Origin: an uncultured Clostridia bacterium
Lineage (GTDB): Bacteria; Bacillota; Clostridia; TANB77; CAG-508
DNA: 64,000 bases
Assembly (NCBI GenBank): GCA_934167965.1
Contig: CAKPMJ010000002.1
Coordinates: 90,907-154,906 of the forward strand
Direction: 5' to 3'
Below are positions 10,262 through 21,072 of the stretch, piece by piece. The translations under genes and the position numbers were made by a program. The stretch's first letter is position 1. Each line of letters begins with the position of its first letter. Under the pieces are notes generated by a model. It did no database searches, was not told where the DNA came from, and saw only the letters and a program-made list of their open reading frames with translations.

Positions 10262-11193
10262 CGTTCATCTTTTTCACCTAGTATTTTTTTTTTATATTCT
10301 TCATTTACTTTTATAATCTGCATTAGTATTTCTTTTTCTTCTTCACTAATTGTTCTTCCATTAAATAATTCCTTTATAGAATTAACCTTTTCTATAAATC
10401 CATCATTTGCAATTCTTTCATCTTCTTTTCTTCCACCTAATACTGCAAACTTTGAACTTCTAAACCTACCTAATTCTTTTTCTGTACTGTCATATATTTT
10501 TACCGGTTGGTTTGGCATAGTCCCTCTTTTATATATTTCAATAACATCAACTATTCCTGATTTTTCAATTTTGTCTATAGTTTTAGGCATCTCATCATAA
10601 GTCTCATAAAAATGACTTAATGTAACTAATCTTCCCCAGCCTTTAGTTGCAACTTGTGCTTCATACCTTTCTAATATTGAGTGTAAACAATTTAATTCAT
10701 GTACTGCCATTCCTCTAACTGTAACATGATATCCTTGCATCTTTTCTTTTATTGTATCTAAAATTCTAGCGTTTCTTCCTGTTCCTTCAAATATAACATT
10801 ATATCCTTGTTTTAATGCTTCATCAAATAATGCACTTGTCCATGTATTACTTTCTTGATCTGTTACTTTTGTATAATACTCTGGATATAATTTTGCAATT
10901 TCATCTATCTTAGGATGAAAAGGTTTTAATTCGTCACTATTTATTATTACAACATTGTTATCTTCAAATTGTTCTTGTCCATATCCATTTAAACCTGTTT
11001 TTCCTGATGCCGGTGGAGCTATATCTATTATTGCTCTCGGATTTTCTACAGGATATTTATCAAATAGCATTATCATTTTTATTTTTTCTTCTATTTCTTT
11101 ATGTTCTTCATCTGAAAGTTTGTACTTTTTCTTTACTGTTTCTAAATCTTCATTCATTTTTCTTAATTCCTTTCTTTGCCTAAACATTGTCAT
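10258..11193 (-). CDS. Zeta-toxin family P-loop kinase (PezT/zeta, UNAG-kinase-like)
   Basis: Walker A APPASGKTG; co-linear similarity to zeta/PezT blocks (VVIINSDELKPFHP; GYNVIFEGTGR; QGYHVTVRGMA; LHSILERYE). Confidence 0.7.
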   Translation of the reverse strand: MTMFRQRKELRKMNEDLETVKKKYKLSDEEHKEIEEKIKMIMLFDKYPVENPRAIIDIAPPASGKTGLNGYGQEQFEDNNVVIINSDELKPFHPKIDEIAKLYPEYYTKVTDQESNTWTSALFDEALKQGYNVIFEGTGRNARILDTIKEKMQGYHVTVRGMAVHELNCLHSILERYEAQVATKGWGRLVTLSHFYETYDEMPKTIDKIEKSGIVDVIEIYKRGTMPNQPVKIYDSTEKELGRFRSSKFAVLGGRKEDERIANDGFIEKVNSIKELFNGRTISEEEKEILMQIIKVNEEYKKKILGEKDER

Positions 11194-11461
11194 ATTTTTG
11201 TTTTATTTCTGGTCCATATTCTCTAATTATTTTATCTATCGTTTCTTCATCACCTGAGTACATTTTTGTTCTTTCTTCTAAGAGTTTTTTCATTTGATCA
11301 TCATCTACACTATAACCTTCCTTAGAAAGATTAGCTATTTTAGCTGATATAACTTCTATTGCTACTTCTAATTTAGTATTTTTTGTCATTTTATTAATAT
11401 CTACCATATTTGCATCTTCCTTTCTTAAAGGATTATAACACTTTTCTTTTATTTTGTACAT
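11180..11461 (-). CDS. Putative epsilon-like antitoxin partner of the zeta-family kinase (93 aa, acidic, helical)
   Basis: Small ORF immediately upstream, overlapping the zeta gene start by 14 nt (operon arrangement typical of epsilon/zeta and PezAT). No direct sequence signature; assignment is by context. Confidence 0.4.
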   Translation of the reverse strand: MYKIKEKCYNPLRKEDANMVDINKMTKNTKLEVAIEVISAKIANLSKEGYSVDDDQMKKLLEERTKMYSGDEETIDKIIREYGPEIKQKYDNV

Positions 11462-11527
11462 ACTTTCCTTGATTTTTTAGTTATAATCCTATATAATATT
11501 CACATAATCAGATTATGGAGGTAAAAA

Positions 11528-12919
11528 ATGACAAAAACAACAATAAAAAATTTATTTAAAAATACACATGACTATGAAAATAAAGAAGTCCAAATTGAAG
11601 GATGGGTAAAAACTTTAAGAGATTCTAAGACATTTGGGTTTATAGAATTAAATGATGGTACATTTTTTAAAAATGTCCAAATAGTAATAAGTGACAAACT
11701 AAATAATTTTAAAGATTTAGTAAAACTTTCTATTTGTTCTTCCATTAAAGTTACTGGAACTTTAGTAGTAACAGAAAATGCTAAACAACCATTTGAAATA
11801 CAAGCTACAAATGTGGAAATTCTAAATATTTGTGATAGTTCATATCCTTTGCAAAAAAAGAAACATAGTTTTGAATATTTAAGAACAATATCACATCTTC
11901 GTCCTCGTGCAAATACTTTCTATGCTGTATTCAGAGTACGTAGTGTACTTTCTTATGCAATTCATAAATTTTTTCAAGATAAAGGGTTCGTATATGTTCA
12001 CACACCAATCATAACTTCTAGTGATGCTGAAGGTGCAGGAGAAATGTTTAATGTTAATTCATTTGATTTATCAAATATACCATTAGATGATAAAAATAAA
12101 ATAGATTATTCTAAAGATTTCTTTGGAAAACCTGCTCATTTAACTGTAAGTGGTCAATTAGATGTTGAAACTTATGCTTCTGCATTTAGAAATGTCTATA
12201 CTTTTGGTCCAACTTTCAGAGCAGAAAATTCAAATACAGTAAAACATGCTGCAGAATTTTGGATGATTGAACCAGAAATATGTTTTGCTGACTTACAAGA
12301 TGATATGGATTTAGCAGAAGAAATGATTAAATACATTTTTTCTTATGTTATAGAAAACTGTCCAGAAGAAATGGAATTCTTTAATAAATTTATTGACACA
12401 TCACTTTTAGAAAGATTAAATCATGTTATAAATTCTGACTTTGCTAGGATTTCTTATACTGATGCAGTTAAAGAGTTAGAAAAACATAATGATAAATTTG
12501 AATATAAAGTTTCTTGGGGTATTGATTTACAAACAGAACATGAGAGATACTTATGTGAAGAAATATTCCATAAACCTGTATTTGTTACAGATTATCCTAT
12601 GGATATAAAGGCCTTTTATATGAAACAAAATCCAGACGGCAAAACAGTTGCCGCAGCCGATTTACTTGTTCCTGGTATAGGTGAAATTATCGGTGGAAGT
12701 CAAAGAGAAGAAAATTATGATAAATTACTAAATAGAATGAAAACTTTAAATATGAATTTAGATGAATATTGGTGGTACCTAGATTTAAGAAGATATGGTA
12801 GTGTTCCTCATTCAGGATTCGGTCTTGGATTTGAAAGAGCTATTATGTATTTAACTGGAATGCAAAACATAAGAGATGTTATACCATTCCCTAGAACTCC
12901 AAAGAATTGTGAATTTTAA
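11528..12919 (+). CDS. asnS: Asparagine--tRNA ligase
   Basis: Class IIb aaRS with N-terminal OB fold and motifs ([23 protein letters not shown]); 463 aa. Confidence 0.95.
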   Translation: MTKTTIKNLFKNTHDYENKEVQIEGWVKTLRDSKTFGFIELNDGTFFKNVQIVISDKLNNFKDLVKLSICSSIKVTGTLVVTENAKQPFEIQATNVEILNICDSSYPLQKKKHSFEYLRTISHLRPRANTFYAVFRVRSVLSYAIHKFFQDKGFVYVHTPIITSSDAEGAGEMFNVNSFDLSNIPLDDKNKIDYSKDFFGKPAHLTVSGQLDVETYASAFRNVYTFGPTFRAENSNTVKHAAEFWMIEPEICFADLQDDMDLAEEMIKYIFSYVIENCPEEMEFFNKFIDTSLLERLNHVINSDFARISYTDAVKELEKHNDKFEYKVSWGIDLQTEHERYLCEEIFHKPVFVTDYPMDIKAFYMKQNPDGKTVAAADLLVPGIGEIIGGSQREENYDKLLNRMKTLNMNLDEYWWYLDLRRYGSVPHSGFGLGFERAIMYLTGMQNIRDVIPFPRTPKNCEF

Positions 12920-12935
12920 AAATATTAAACATATA

Positions 12936-12966
12936 AAAGAAACCTTACATAGTAAGGTTTCTTTTC
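12936..12966. terminator. Bidirectional intrinsic terminator between the convergent asnS and ftsZ
   Basis: AAGAAACCTTAC-ATAG-TAAGGTTTCTTTTC. Confidence 0.75.
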
Positions 12967-12971
12967 ATTTA

Positions 12972-14087
12972 TTATAAACTTTTATTTTTATTCTTTCTTA
13001 GGAAAGAAGGTATATCTAAATCATTTTGTGAATTATTCATGTCTTGGCTTGATGGAATTGAATTTATTTTCTTTTCCCATGTTTTAGAAACTAAGTTATC
13101 AACTCTTTTGCTGTTAGCTGATTCATCTTCAAATCCTGTTGCAATAACAGTAATTTGAATTTCATCTTTCATTTCAGGATCTATAACTGTACCAAATATA
13201 ATATTAGCTTCTGGATCTACACTGCGTTGAACAAGTTCAGCAGCTGTGTTTACTTCTTGAAGTCCTAAATCTTCTCCACCAGTAATATTTATAATAACAC
13301 CTCTAGCTCCTTCTATTGTTGTTTCTAGTAATGGACTTTGAATTGCTTGTTTTGCTGCATCTTCTGCTTTATTTTCTCCTGATGCTCTACCAATTCCCAT
13401 ATGTGCCATTCCTGTATTTAACATGATTGTTTTTACATCTGCAAAGTCAAGGTTTACTGTACCAGTTACAGTGATTAAATCTGATATTCCTTGTACACCT
13501 TGTCTTAAAATATCGTCTGCCATCATAAATGCTTCTGCCATTGATGTTTTTCTGTCTATAACTTGAAGTAGTTTGTCATTTGGTATTACTATTAAAGTAT
13601 CTACTTTTCCTTTTAAACTTTCTATTCCACGTTCTGCTTGTGCTAAACGTTTCTTTCCTTCAAATGTAAATGGTTTTGTAACAACTGCTATTGTTAGTAT
13701 TCCCATTTCTTTTGCTAATCCTGCAACTATTGGTGCTGCTCCTGTACCTGTTCCTCCACCCATTCCGGCTGTAACAAATACCATATCTGCTCCTCTAATT
13801 GCTTCTGTTATTTCTGTTTTGCTTTCTTCTGCTGATTGAGCTCCAATGTCAGGGTTTGCTCCTGCACCTAATCCTCTAGTAATTTTTTCTCCTATTTGGA
13901 TTTTTGTACTAGCTTTTGATTTTTGTAATGCTTGTCTATCTGTGTTTACAGCTATAAAGTCTACATTTTTTATTCCTAATTCTAGCATTCTGTTTACTGC
14001 GTTATTTCCTGCACCACCTACACCTATTACTTTTATTGTAGCAGCTCCATCTTTCATTGTTAAATTTTCATCATCAAAATCCATCAT
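12972..14087 (-). CDS. ftsZ: Cell division GTPase FtsZ
   Basis: Tubulin signature GGGTGTG ([15 protein letters not shown]) and T7 loop; 371 aa. Confidence 0.97.
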   Translation of the reverse strand: MMDFDDENLTMKDGAATIKVIGVGGAGNNAVNRMLELGIKNVDFIAVNTDRQALQKSKASTKIQIGEKITRGLGAGANPDIGAQSAEESKTEITEAIRGADMVFVTAGMGGGTGTGAAPIVAGLAKEMGILTIAVVTKPFTFEGKKRLAQAERGIESLKGKVDTLIVIPNDKLLQVIDRKTSMAEAFMMADDILRQGVQGISDLITVTGTVNLDFADVKTIMLNTGMAHMGIGRASGENKAEDAAKQAIQSPLLETTIEGARGVIINITGGEDLGLQEVNTAAELVQRSVDPEANIIFGTVIDPEMKDEIQITVIATGFEDESANSKRVDNLVSKTWEKKINSIPSSQDMNNSQNDLDIPSFLRKNKNKSL

Positions 14088-14205
14088 AAATGATTTTCCT
14101 CCCTTTCATGTTGGGAAGCTATTATTTTCTTCAATTGTCCCAACTTATATATAATAATATTAAAATTAAAAACTTTTTTATTGGCTTTTACAGCCCTTTT
14201 ATGTA

Positions 14206-15435
14206 TTAACTATAGAAAAATTCTTTTACTCTTGACATTAGAACTTTCCAAACACTTTCTTTTGTGTTTGTGTCTATTTTGCTAGATACATTTTTTGTAA
14301 ATGGTCTTGCAGCTATGTATCTTATTAATGCATAACATGTCCTAAATTCTGTTTTTACAGTACTAACTGCTCTTCCTGTAGATACTTTTACTGGTATATT
14401 TAAAGCAATTTTACCTGCTACATCACTTTTGCTTATATTGGTTATTCCTTGACCTGTTAATACTACATTATTTATTTTTGATTTTATGCCTTCATTTGTT
14501 ATTGCTTTATTTACTAAAGAGAATATTTCTTCTATTCTTGCTTCCATTATTTCAATTAGTTCTGAGCTTTTTATTACCTTACTTCTACTCTCATCTCTAC
14601 ATGTATTTAACATTATTTCATTATCATTATCTATAAATGATTTTAATGCTAGTCCATATTGTCTCTTTAATTTATCGGCTTCTTCTGTTGATATACCTAA
14701 TACTACTGAAATATCACTTGTTATATTGTCTCCACCTAAAGGTATTGTATTAGTATATATCATTCTATTTCCTTCAAAAACACCAATATCAGTATTTCCA
14801 GCTCCAACGTCTAATAACATTACATTGTCATGCAATTCATTTTTATCAAGTACTAAATTTCTCTCTGCAAGTGTTACAGGAACTATACCATCTATTTCTA
14901 TTCCAGCCTTCTTAAATATACCTGCTAATTTTCTTGTATATTCTCTTTCTGCTAATAGAACTTCTGCATTTATACTAAAACTTCCACATAAATTTCCTAC
15001 CGGATCTGTAGTTACGTTGCCATTGTCTAGCACAACTTCATTTATTGATATATCTATTATAGTTTGATTTTCTGGAACTTCGATGTCTTTTACTTGCATT
15101 ATTGCATTTTGTAAATCTTTTTGAGTTACTCCTGTTAACTTGTCTTTTACTTCTTTTGTGACATTATTTTGGACTATTGTTACATATTTACCTGGAATAG
15201 TTACATAAGCTGAGTTTATTTTTAATCCTGTTTCTTCTTCTGCTTCTTTTATAGTTTTAGAGATGCTTAAACTGATATCATCTTCATTGACTATTTTACC
15301 TTTTTTCAATCCGTTACATTTATAAGAGGTATTACATATTACTTCTATTTGTCCAAAGTTATTTACTTCTCCTAATATAGTGCAAACTTTGGTCGTTCCA
15401 ATGTCAATACCTACTATGATATCACCTATTGCCAA
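14206..15435 (-). CDS. ftsA: Cell division protein FtsA
   Basis: Actin-like ATPase (VGIDIGTTKV..., LLDVGAGNTDIGVF), immediately upstream of ftsZ. Confidence 0.9.
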   Translation of the reverse strand: MAIGDIIVGIDIGTTKVCTILGEVNNFGQIEVICNTSYKCNGLKKGKIVNEDDISLSISKTIKEAEEETGLKINSAYVTIPGKYVTIVQNNVTKEVKDKLTGVTQKDLQNAIMQVKDIEVPENQTIIDISINEVVLDNGNVTTDPVGNLCGSFSINAEVLLAEREYTRKLAGIFKKAGIEIDGIVPVTLAERNLVLDKNELHDNVMLLDVGAGNTDIGVFEGNRMIYTNTIPLGGDNITSDISVVLGISTEEADKLKRQYGLALKSFIDNDNEIMLNTCRDESRSKVIKSSELIEIMEARIEEIFSLVNKAITNEGIKSKINNVVLTGQGITNISKSDVAGKIALNIPVKVSTGRAVSTVKTEFRTCYALIRYIAARPFTKNVSSKIDTNTKESVWKVLMSRVKEFFYS

Positions 15436-15567
15436 GTTAATTCCTCCATTTTTTTATGATTTTTTATATATTATTATATATTACATTTTAAGATAAATGT
15501 CAAGTAATTTTGTAATATTTTTGAAATATTTTTGTAATAGTTTTGTAATATGCTTTTTTACTTTTTT

Positions 15568-15939
15568 CTACAGCTCTTTCTCCTTGCGTTTTTGCAACTT
15601 TTGTGACCATTTATCTATGTAATATTTTCTTATAATTGTTAGGTTTATAAACATTCTTCCTACAAATACCACTATAGTAGCTAAATAAACATCCACATTT
15701 AACTTATTTCCTAAATATGTTAATAATATTGCCAATATTGAATTACAAAAGAAACCTGATATAAATACTTTAAAATCAAATTCTGATTTTAATACACCTG
15801 TAATTCCTCCAAATACAGAATCCAATGCTGCAATTATTGCTATTGCTAAATAACTTGAATATGAATATGATATTATTGGTAAATTAATACCTATTAATGC
15901 TCCTAAAATACATCCTATTAAAATTGCTATTAAAACCAT
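15568..15939 (-). CDS. sbp: Small basic protein Sbp (DUF1290 membrane protein of the ftsA-upstream cluster)
   Basis: 123-aa polytopic membrane protein with a basic C-terminus, in the conserved ylxW-ylxX-sbp-ftsA-ftsZ context. Confidence 0.6.
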   Translation of the reverse strand: MVLIAILIGCILGALIGINLPIISYSYSSYLAIAIIAALDSVFGGITGVLKSEFDFKVFISGFFCNSILAILLTYLGNKLNVDVYLATIVVFVGRMFINLTIIRKYYIDKWSQKLQKRKEKEL

Positions 15940-15957
15940 TTTCTTTCATCCTTTCTT

Positions 15958-16656
15958 TTATTTACTTTTCATATATTTTGTAGACATATCTCCTTGATAT
16001 TTAGTAATTTTTACTTTATTTTTTTCTTCAACTGTCACAGTATGACCTACTGCTTGTAATTTTTCAATATATCCATCTTTTCCTACTAAAGCACTTTTTA
16101 AATAATCTTGATCCCCAATTGCTTTTATCTCATAAGGAGATGATATCCTTTGACTATTTACTTTTATAAATGTTTGTATGTATGCAAAATCGGTTTTATT
16201 TACTACTCTTTGACCATTTACTGATATAGCATCTGCTCCAGCATCTCTTAAATAATTTACTATTCTTAACAAAACATTAGCATCAATACTTTCAGTAGAT
16301 TCTGATGTTTCCTTTAATGTTATAATTATTCCTTTTCCTTCAACATCCGTCTGACCTAAAGCCTCTTTTAGTTTTTGTAATTCTTCTTCTAAATTTGCTT
16401 TTGATTTTTCATCTGAATTTGACTCTTCTTTATATTTATTCAAAGTTGCTGAAACTTCTTCATATTTTGATTGTGCTTCTGTATATTTTGTTTTCCAATT
16501 TACAAGTTCTGTTTGTAAATCTGCTTCTCTCATTTTATCTATAGCTGTTACATCTGTTTCATGAACTACTTTAAATTGCATAAATATAATCATAGATAAA
16601 ACAAAACATGCAATTCCTGTTGTTACTGTCATTATTATTGTTCCTTTTTTCTTCAT
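15958..16656 (-). CDS. DUF881 (YlxW/YlxX-like) division-associated membrane protein
   Basis: N-terminal TM, coiled coil, and a DUF881-like C-terminal domain (LLRIVNYLRDAGADAISVNGQRVV...SPYEIKAIGD). Confidence 0.65.
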   Translation of the reverse strand: MKKKGTIIMTVTTGIACFVLSMIIFMQFKVVHETDVTAIDKMREADLQTELVNWKTKYTEAQSKYEEVSATLNKYKEESNSDEKSKANLEEELQKLKEALGQTDVEGKGIIITLKETSESTESIDANVLLRIVNYLRDAGADAISVNGQRVVNKTDFAYIQTFIKVNSQRISSPYEIKAIGDQDYLKSALVGKDGYIEKLQAVGHTVTVEEKNKVKITKYQGDMSTKYMKSK

Positions 16657-16674
16657 AGCTCTCCTCCAATATTA

Positions 16675-17388
16675 TTATTTTGATGTGCTTTTTGCAGTTT
16701 TAAAACTTATTACTCCTGTATATTTAGGTATTGTTAAATTTTTAGCCTTTTTTAAATCTGTTTTTATTGTATATCCTTCTAAAAATTCTTTTAAATATCC
16801 TCCTGGTCTATTTAATGTTGCCATTTGTTCTGGAAGCCCTATTGCATTTATTACAAATGGAGAACTTGTTTTTTCTCCATTTATTGTTATAACATTTCCA
16901 TCACACATTATTGATGTTGTTGATACTATTCTATGTCCATTTACTTCAATCGCTTCTGCACCAGCATTTTTAAGTTCATTTACTATATATAGTATATCTA
17001 AATCATGTATTAACAAATCTTCTGGATTTAATGTGTTTGCTGTAGCTTTTCCATCTTCAACTGTTACTGTAACTCCCTGTCCTGTAACATCTGTTGAACC
17101 TAATAGCATATTGCATTTCTTTATTTCTTTTTCTAAATTTTCTAATTCCTTATTGTTACTTGATACATTTTGTCTAACTTGCTCAAGTTCTTTTTCTGCT
17201 CTTGTCAACATATAATATGTGTTATCATATTTTTCTTTAGTTTTTAAAACTTGATCCTTTAATTCTGTTACTTTGTTATTTCCTAAAGTTGTTCCATTAT
17301 TCATTACAGTTTTTACCTGTACACATATTGCAATTGTTAATATTAAACACATTATGCCTAATATTAAGGCTTGAATTTTTTTACTCAT
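16675..17388 (-). CDS. DUF881 (YlxW/YlxX-like) division-associated membrane protein, paralog
   Basis: Same architecture (LYIVNELKNAGAEAIEVNGHRIV...SPFVINAIG). Confidence 0.65.
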   Translation of the reverse strand: MSKKIQALILGIMCLILTIAICVQVKTVMNNGTTLGNNKVTELKDQVLKTKEKYDNTYYMLTRAEKELEQVRQNVSSNNKELENLEKEIKKCNMLLGSTDVTGQGVTVTVEDGKATANTLNPEDLLIHDLDILYIVNELKNAGAEAIEVNGHRIVSTTSIMCDGNVITINGEKTSSPFVINAIGLPEQMATLNRPGGYLKEFLEGYTIKTDLKKAKNLTIPKYTGVISFKTAKSTSK

Positions 17389-18160
17389 TTTTTTCTCCTT
17401 CCTCTATCACTTGTTCTCTAAAATATGGTTTAAATCCTTCACTTATATTTCCATTTACAAATATTATTCCTGGATTTTTCTTTTCCTCTTTTAACATTGT
17501 TTGGATATATAATATTTTGTTGTTTAAATTAGTACCATCTCCTAGATATATATACTTATTTTCTTTTTTTAGATATAATTTGTATTCATTCGGTTCTTTA
17601 ATATCTATTGAAGTTATTAAATTTTCTATTTCAATAGTTTTGGCTGATTCCATTATTTTAAGTACAGTATTTAATTTGGTTAAATCATTTTTATTTAATC
17701 TTTTTCCATTTAATAATTCATCTTGTGATGTCTCTATTCCATCTATAATAGGAACATTTTCTTTTTGACTTGAATTTTCTAATATATATCCTTGATTATC
17801 AATATATATATATCCATCTATAAGTTTTATTTGATATGCTACTTCTCTTTCTTGAATATCAATTTCAACTGTTCCTGGTAAATTTCTTTTTATTATAACT
17901 TTTTTTATATAAGAATTTTCTTGTATTTTTTTTATTATTTTTGATTTCTTGTTTCTAAATATGTTTTCTCCTTCACTTAATCCTGAAAGGCTTATTATTG
18001 TTTCTGCTTCTACTTTATTATTTCCTTTTACTTCTATTTTTGTTATATTAAATATTGGTGTTATTAATGAAAATACGACTATTGCTATTATAATAAATAT
18101 TAATAATATAAATTTTCTTAGTCCTGTTTTTTTTCTCTTCTTTTTTATATTTTTTTTCAT
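17381..18160 (-). CDS. divIB: Cell division protein DivIB/FtsQ (POTRA domain)
   Basis: Basic N-terminus, single TM, then POTRA-like KIEVKGNNKV...; position in the dcw-like cluster. Confidence 0.7.
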   Translation of the reverse strand: MKKNIKKKRKKTGLRKFILLIFIIIAIVVFSLITPIFNITKIEVKGNNKVEAETIISLSGLSEGENIFRNKKSKIIKKIQENSYIKKVIIKRNLPGTVEIDIQEREVAYQIKLIDGYIYIDNQGYILENSSQKENVPIIDGIETSQDELLNGKRLNKNDLTKLNTVLKIMESAKTIEIENLITSIDIKEPNEYKLYLKKENKYIYLGDGTNLNNKILYIQTMLKEEKKNPGIIFVNGNISEGFKPYFREQVIEEGEKNE

Positions 18161-18337
18161 TTTACCACCCCTTTGTAAGGATTTTTATAGATATTGATTG
18201 CTCTCATTTTTCGGCAATTTATATTTTACTATGAAATCATTAAAATATCAAGATTTTATTGAAAAAAGTTGCAGTAATTTTGTTTACACGACACAAAAGA
18301 AGAATGTAATTTTCAAACATTCTTCTTTTAATTTATT

Positions 18338-19360
18338 CTATTGTAAGTCGTTTACCTCTGAAATAGTAACTCCTGTATAAAAATGTTTAATAATATCTTC
18401 ATAATTACTTCCATTTTTAGCCATACTATCTGCGCCTGTTTGACTCATTCCTACTCCATGGCCATAACCTATAACAGAAAATATAACATCATCATTTTCT
18501 ATTTTTACAGTAAAATTAGCCGACTTTACCCCTAATAAACTTCTTGCTTCTGTTCCAGCAATTTGTATATTTCCAAATTTTATAGTTTTAACTCTTCCTC
18601 CACTTGTATAGTCAATAATTTTAATTGCCTCTTTGTCTTTAAAATCGATTTTTATATCATTATGTTTTTCTTTTAATTTTTTTATTAAATCATCTTTTGA
18701 TAATTTAACCTCTGAACTATATTGGGAATACTCCGTCTCGCCTGCTGTTTCAACACTTTGCAAATATGGAAAATTGCTTCCTCCCCATACATCTGCAACC
18801 GCCTCTGTTTTTCCTCCACTATTTGAGTGAAAAAACGCATCTATTGGTTTATTTTTATATGTAATAATTTTTCCTGATGTACTGTTTACTGCTTCAGTTA
18901 TCTTTTTCCAGTTACTTTCTCTTACATCTTCTTTCCATTTTTTCAGCCTATCTTCTTTAGATATCCACGCTTGACAACAAGCATAGTTATCACAAATATT
19001 TGCATCTTTATGTCTTTTTTTGCCATTCATAATTTGATATAATGTATATGTACGTGATACGACAGCTTGGGCTTTCAATGCTTCTATGTCATAACTTGCA
19101 GGCATCTCTGCTGATACTGTTCCATACAAATATTCATCAAATGGTACTTCTTCTATTTTTTCAGTAGCAGTATGATATAGTTTTATAGTTTTGTATTTTG
19201 AATAATTATATGTAGCTTCTTCTTGCTTACTTTCTTCTACTTTCTGTTCCTCTTTTACCTCTTCTTTTTTGTTTTCTTTTACAGTCCTTTTTGTACATAT
19301 TGCAGGCAAAACAAATATAATTATTAAAAAAATGGCAAAATATTTTAAATATTTTTTCAA
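18338..19360 (-). CDS. spoIID: Stage II sporulation protein D (SpoIID lytic transglycosylase family)
   Basis: SpoIID family motifs (ANICDNYACCQAW; GYGHGVGMSQTGADSMAKNG). Confidence 0.85.
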   Translation of the reverse strand: MKKYLKYFAIFLIIIFVLPAICTKRTVKENKKEEVKEEQKVEESKQEEATYNYSKYKTIKLYHTATEKIEEVPFDEYLYGTVSAEMPASYDIEALKAQAVVSRTYTLYQIMNGKKRHKDANICDNYACCQAWISKEDRLKKWKEDVRESNWKKITEAVNSTSGKIITYKNKPIDAFFHSNSGGKTEAVADVWGGSNFPYLQSVETAGETEYSQYSSEVKLSKDDLIKKLKEKHNDIKIDFKDKEAIKIIDYTSGGRVKTIKFGNIQIAGTEARSLLGVKSANFTVKIENDDVIFSVIGYGHGVGMSQTGADSMAKNGSNYEDIIKHFYTGVTISEVNDLQ

Positions 19361-19395
19361 AACAAATCTCCTCTGTCAAAAGTCTTACTATAATA

Positions 19396-20121
19396 CTATG
19401 AGACAAGTTCAGTTTTCATTCCATTTAAAATCTTTTTTTCAATTCTTGATACTTGAACTTGCGAGATTCCCAATATTTTAGCCACTTCTGTTTGAGTTTT
19501 GTTTTTGTAAAATCTAAGCAAAATTATCTCCTTATCTCTGCTATCTAAATCCTCAATTAGTCTTTGTATAGTAATTTTGTCTATTATTAGCCCTGCCTCA
19601 TCTTGATCAGTTGATAAAGTATCTATTATACTTAAAGATTTATTTGATTTTTCACTATCATATACACTTTCTTCTATTGATTCCGTTAGCCTTCCTATTT
19701 CCATCGCCATTGCAATTTCTTCTTTAGGTATTTTTAATATTTCTGATATTTGCAATAAATTTAATTCTTTACCTTGTTTTAAGTACTCTTTTTGAATCTC
19801 TGCTATTTTAGTATTCAATTCTCTTAAACTTCTACTAACTTTTACAGGTCCATCATCTCTTAAAAATTTTTTTATTTCTCCTAATATATATGGAACTGCA
19901 TAAGTAGAAAGTTTGACATCAAAATCAGAATCAAACCTCCTTATTGCTTTTATAAATCCTAAACAACCAATTTGGTATATATCTTCTTTGTCATACCCTC
20001 TTCCTAAAAATCTTTTTACTATACTCCAAATAAGCCCTTGATTATTCTCTACTAATTTCGCCATCTCATCTTTGTCACCATTTTGTGCCTTTTTTATAGT
20101 TTCAATACTGTTTTCATGCAA
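19396..20121 (-). CDS. sigF: Sporulation sigma factor SigF
   Basis: Sigma-70 regions 2-4; directly downstream of spoIIAA-spoIIAB. Confidence 0.85.
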   Translation of the reverse strand: MHENSIETIKKAQNGDKDEMAKLVENNQGLIWSIVKRFLGRGYDKEDIYQIGCLGFIKAIRRFDSDFDVKLSTYAVPYILGEIKKFLRDDGPVKVSRSLRELNTKIAEIQKEYLKQGKELNLLQISEILKIPKEEIAMAMEIGRLTESIEESVYDSEKSNKSLSIIDTLSTDQDEAGLIIDKITIQRLIEDLDSRDKEIILLRFYKNKTQTEVAKILGISQVQVSRIEKKILNGMKTELVS

Positions 20122-20127
20122 ATCCTT

Positions 20128-20619
20128 TTACCCCCTTAGAGCTTCCTCTAAAGTTACAGGCATATTATCTTCTTCTTCAGTTTTCTTTATTTTTTTCTTC
20201 ATAGTAACTTTAGTACCTAATCCTAATATAGATTCTACTTCAAGTTCATCCATAAAACTTTCCATTATTGTAAATCCCATTCCTGATCTTTCTAAGTTTG
20301 GTTTAGTTGTATACAATGGTTGTTTTGCCATATCTATGTCTTCTATTCCTTTTCCATTATCAGATACTTTTATCATTATTTCATTATCAGTTATTTTACA
20401 AACTACTGTAACTAATCCTAAGCCATCTTCATACCCATGTACTATTGAATTTGTAACCGCTTCTGATACAGCTGTCTTTATATCTGATAACTCCTCTATT
20501 GTTGGGTCTAATTGTGATACAAATGCTGCAACACTGATTCTTGCAAATGCTTCATTATTTGACTTACTTATAAATTCTAATTTCATTTCATTTTCTGTAA
20601 TTTTATTTTTTATACTCAT
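20128..20619 (-). CDS. spoIIAB: Anti-sigma F factor SpoIIAB (GHKL serine kinase)
   Basis: HATPase_c motifs ([11 protein letters not shown]; DNGKGIED; [13 protein letters not shown]). Confidence 0.9.
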   Translation of the reverse strand: MSIKNKITENEMKLEFISKSNNEAFARISVAAFVSQLDPTIEELSDIKTAVSEAVTNSIVHGYEDGLGLVTVVCKITDNEIMIKVSDNGKGIEDIDMAKQPLYTTKPNLERSGMGFTIMESFMDELEVESILGLGTKVTMKKKIKKTEEEDNMPVTLEEALRG

Positions 20620-20984
20620 AAGTTTACTACCTCCTTTTTCTTTTCATTTGAAATTACCTTTTTCATTTTTTCATCTAAGTCTATTTCTGGAATTATCTTC
20701 AATACTCCACTCATAGCAAATATTTTTCTCACGCTATCTGTTAAATTTGCTATACTCATTTTTCCACCAAGCATATTTGTTTCTTTATATCTACCTATTA
20801 CCATTCCTATTCCTGCACTGTCCATGAAAGTAACACGATCAAAATCAAATATAACTTCTCTAGGCATAAATCTTTCAATTTCATAATCAGCTTTCCTCCT
20901 TATTTCTTTTACACTACATTCATCTATTTCCTCATTTATTTTAAATATGAGTAACTTGTCCTGTTTATAGTATCTCGTCTCCAT
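20616..20984 (-). CDS. spoIIAA: Anti-sigma F factor antagonist SpoIIAA (STAS domain)
   Basis: STAS fold with phosphorylatable Ser in the [12 protein letters not shown] context; 4-nt overlap with spoIIAB. Confidence 0.9.
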   Translation of the reverse strand: METRYYKQDKLLIFKINEEIDECSVKEIRRKADYEIERFMPREVIFDFDRVTFMDSAGIGMVIGRYKETNMLGGKMSIANLTDSVRKIFAMSGVLKIIPEIDLDEKMKKVISNEKKKEVVNL

Positions 20985-21035
20985 TTTTTCCTCCTTTGAG
21001 TTTTTATTTAAGTGTATTGTAATACTTAAAATTGA

Positions 21036-21072
21036 AAAAGACTGTCGAAACCTGACAGTCTTTTAATTTTTT
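21036..21072. terminator. Intrinsic terminator hairpin between the yunB-like gene and the spoIIA operon
   Basis: AAAAGACTGTC-GAAACC-TGACAGTCTTTT followed by a T-run. Confidence 0.7.

Noticed and set aside
11462-11527. T-box leader upstream of asnS
   Set aside because: The intergenic region is only ~66 nt, with no specifier/antiterminator structure; too short for a T-box.
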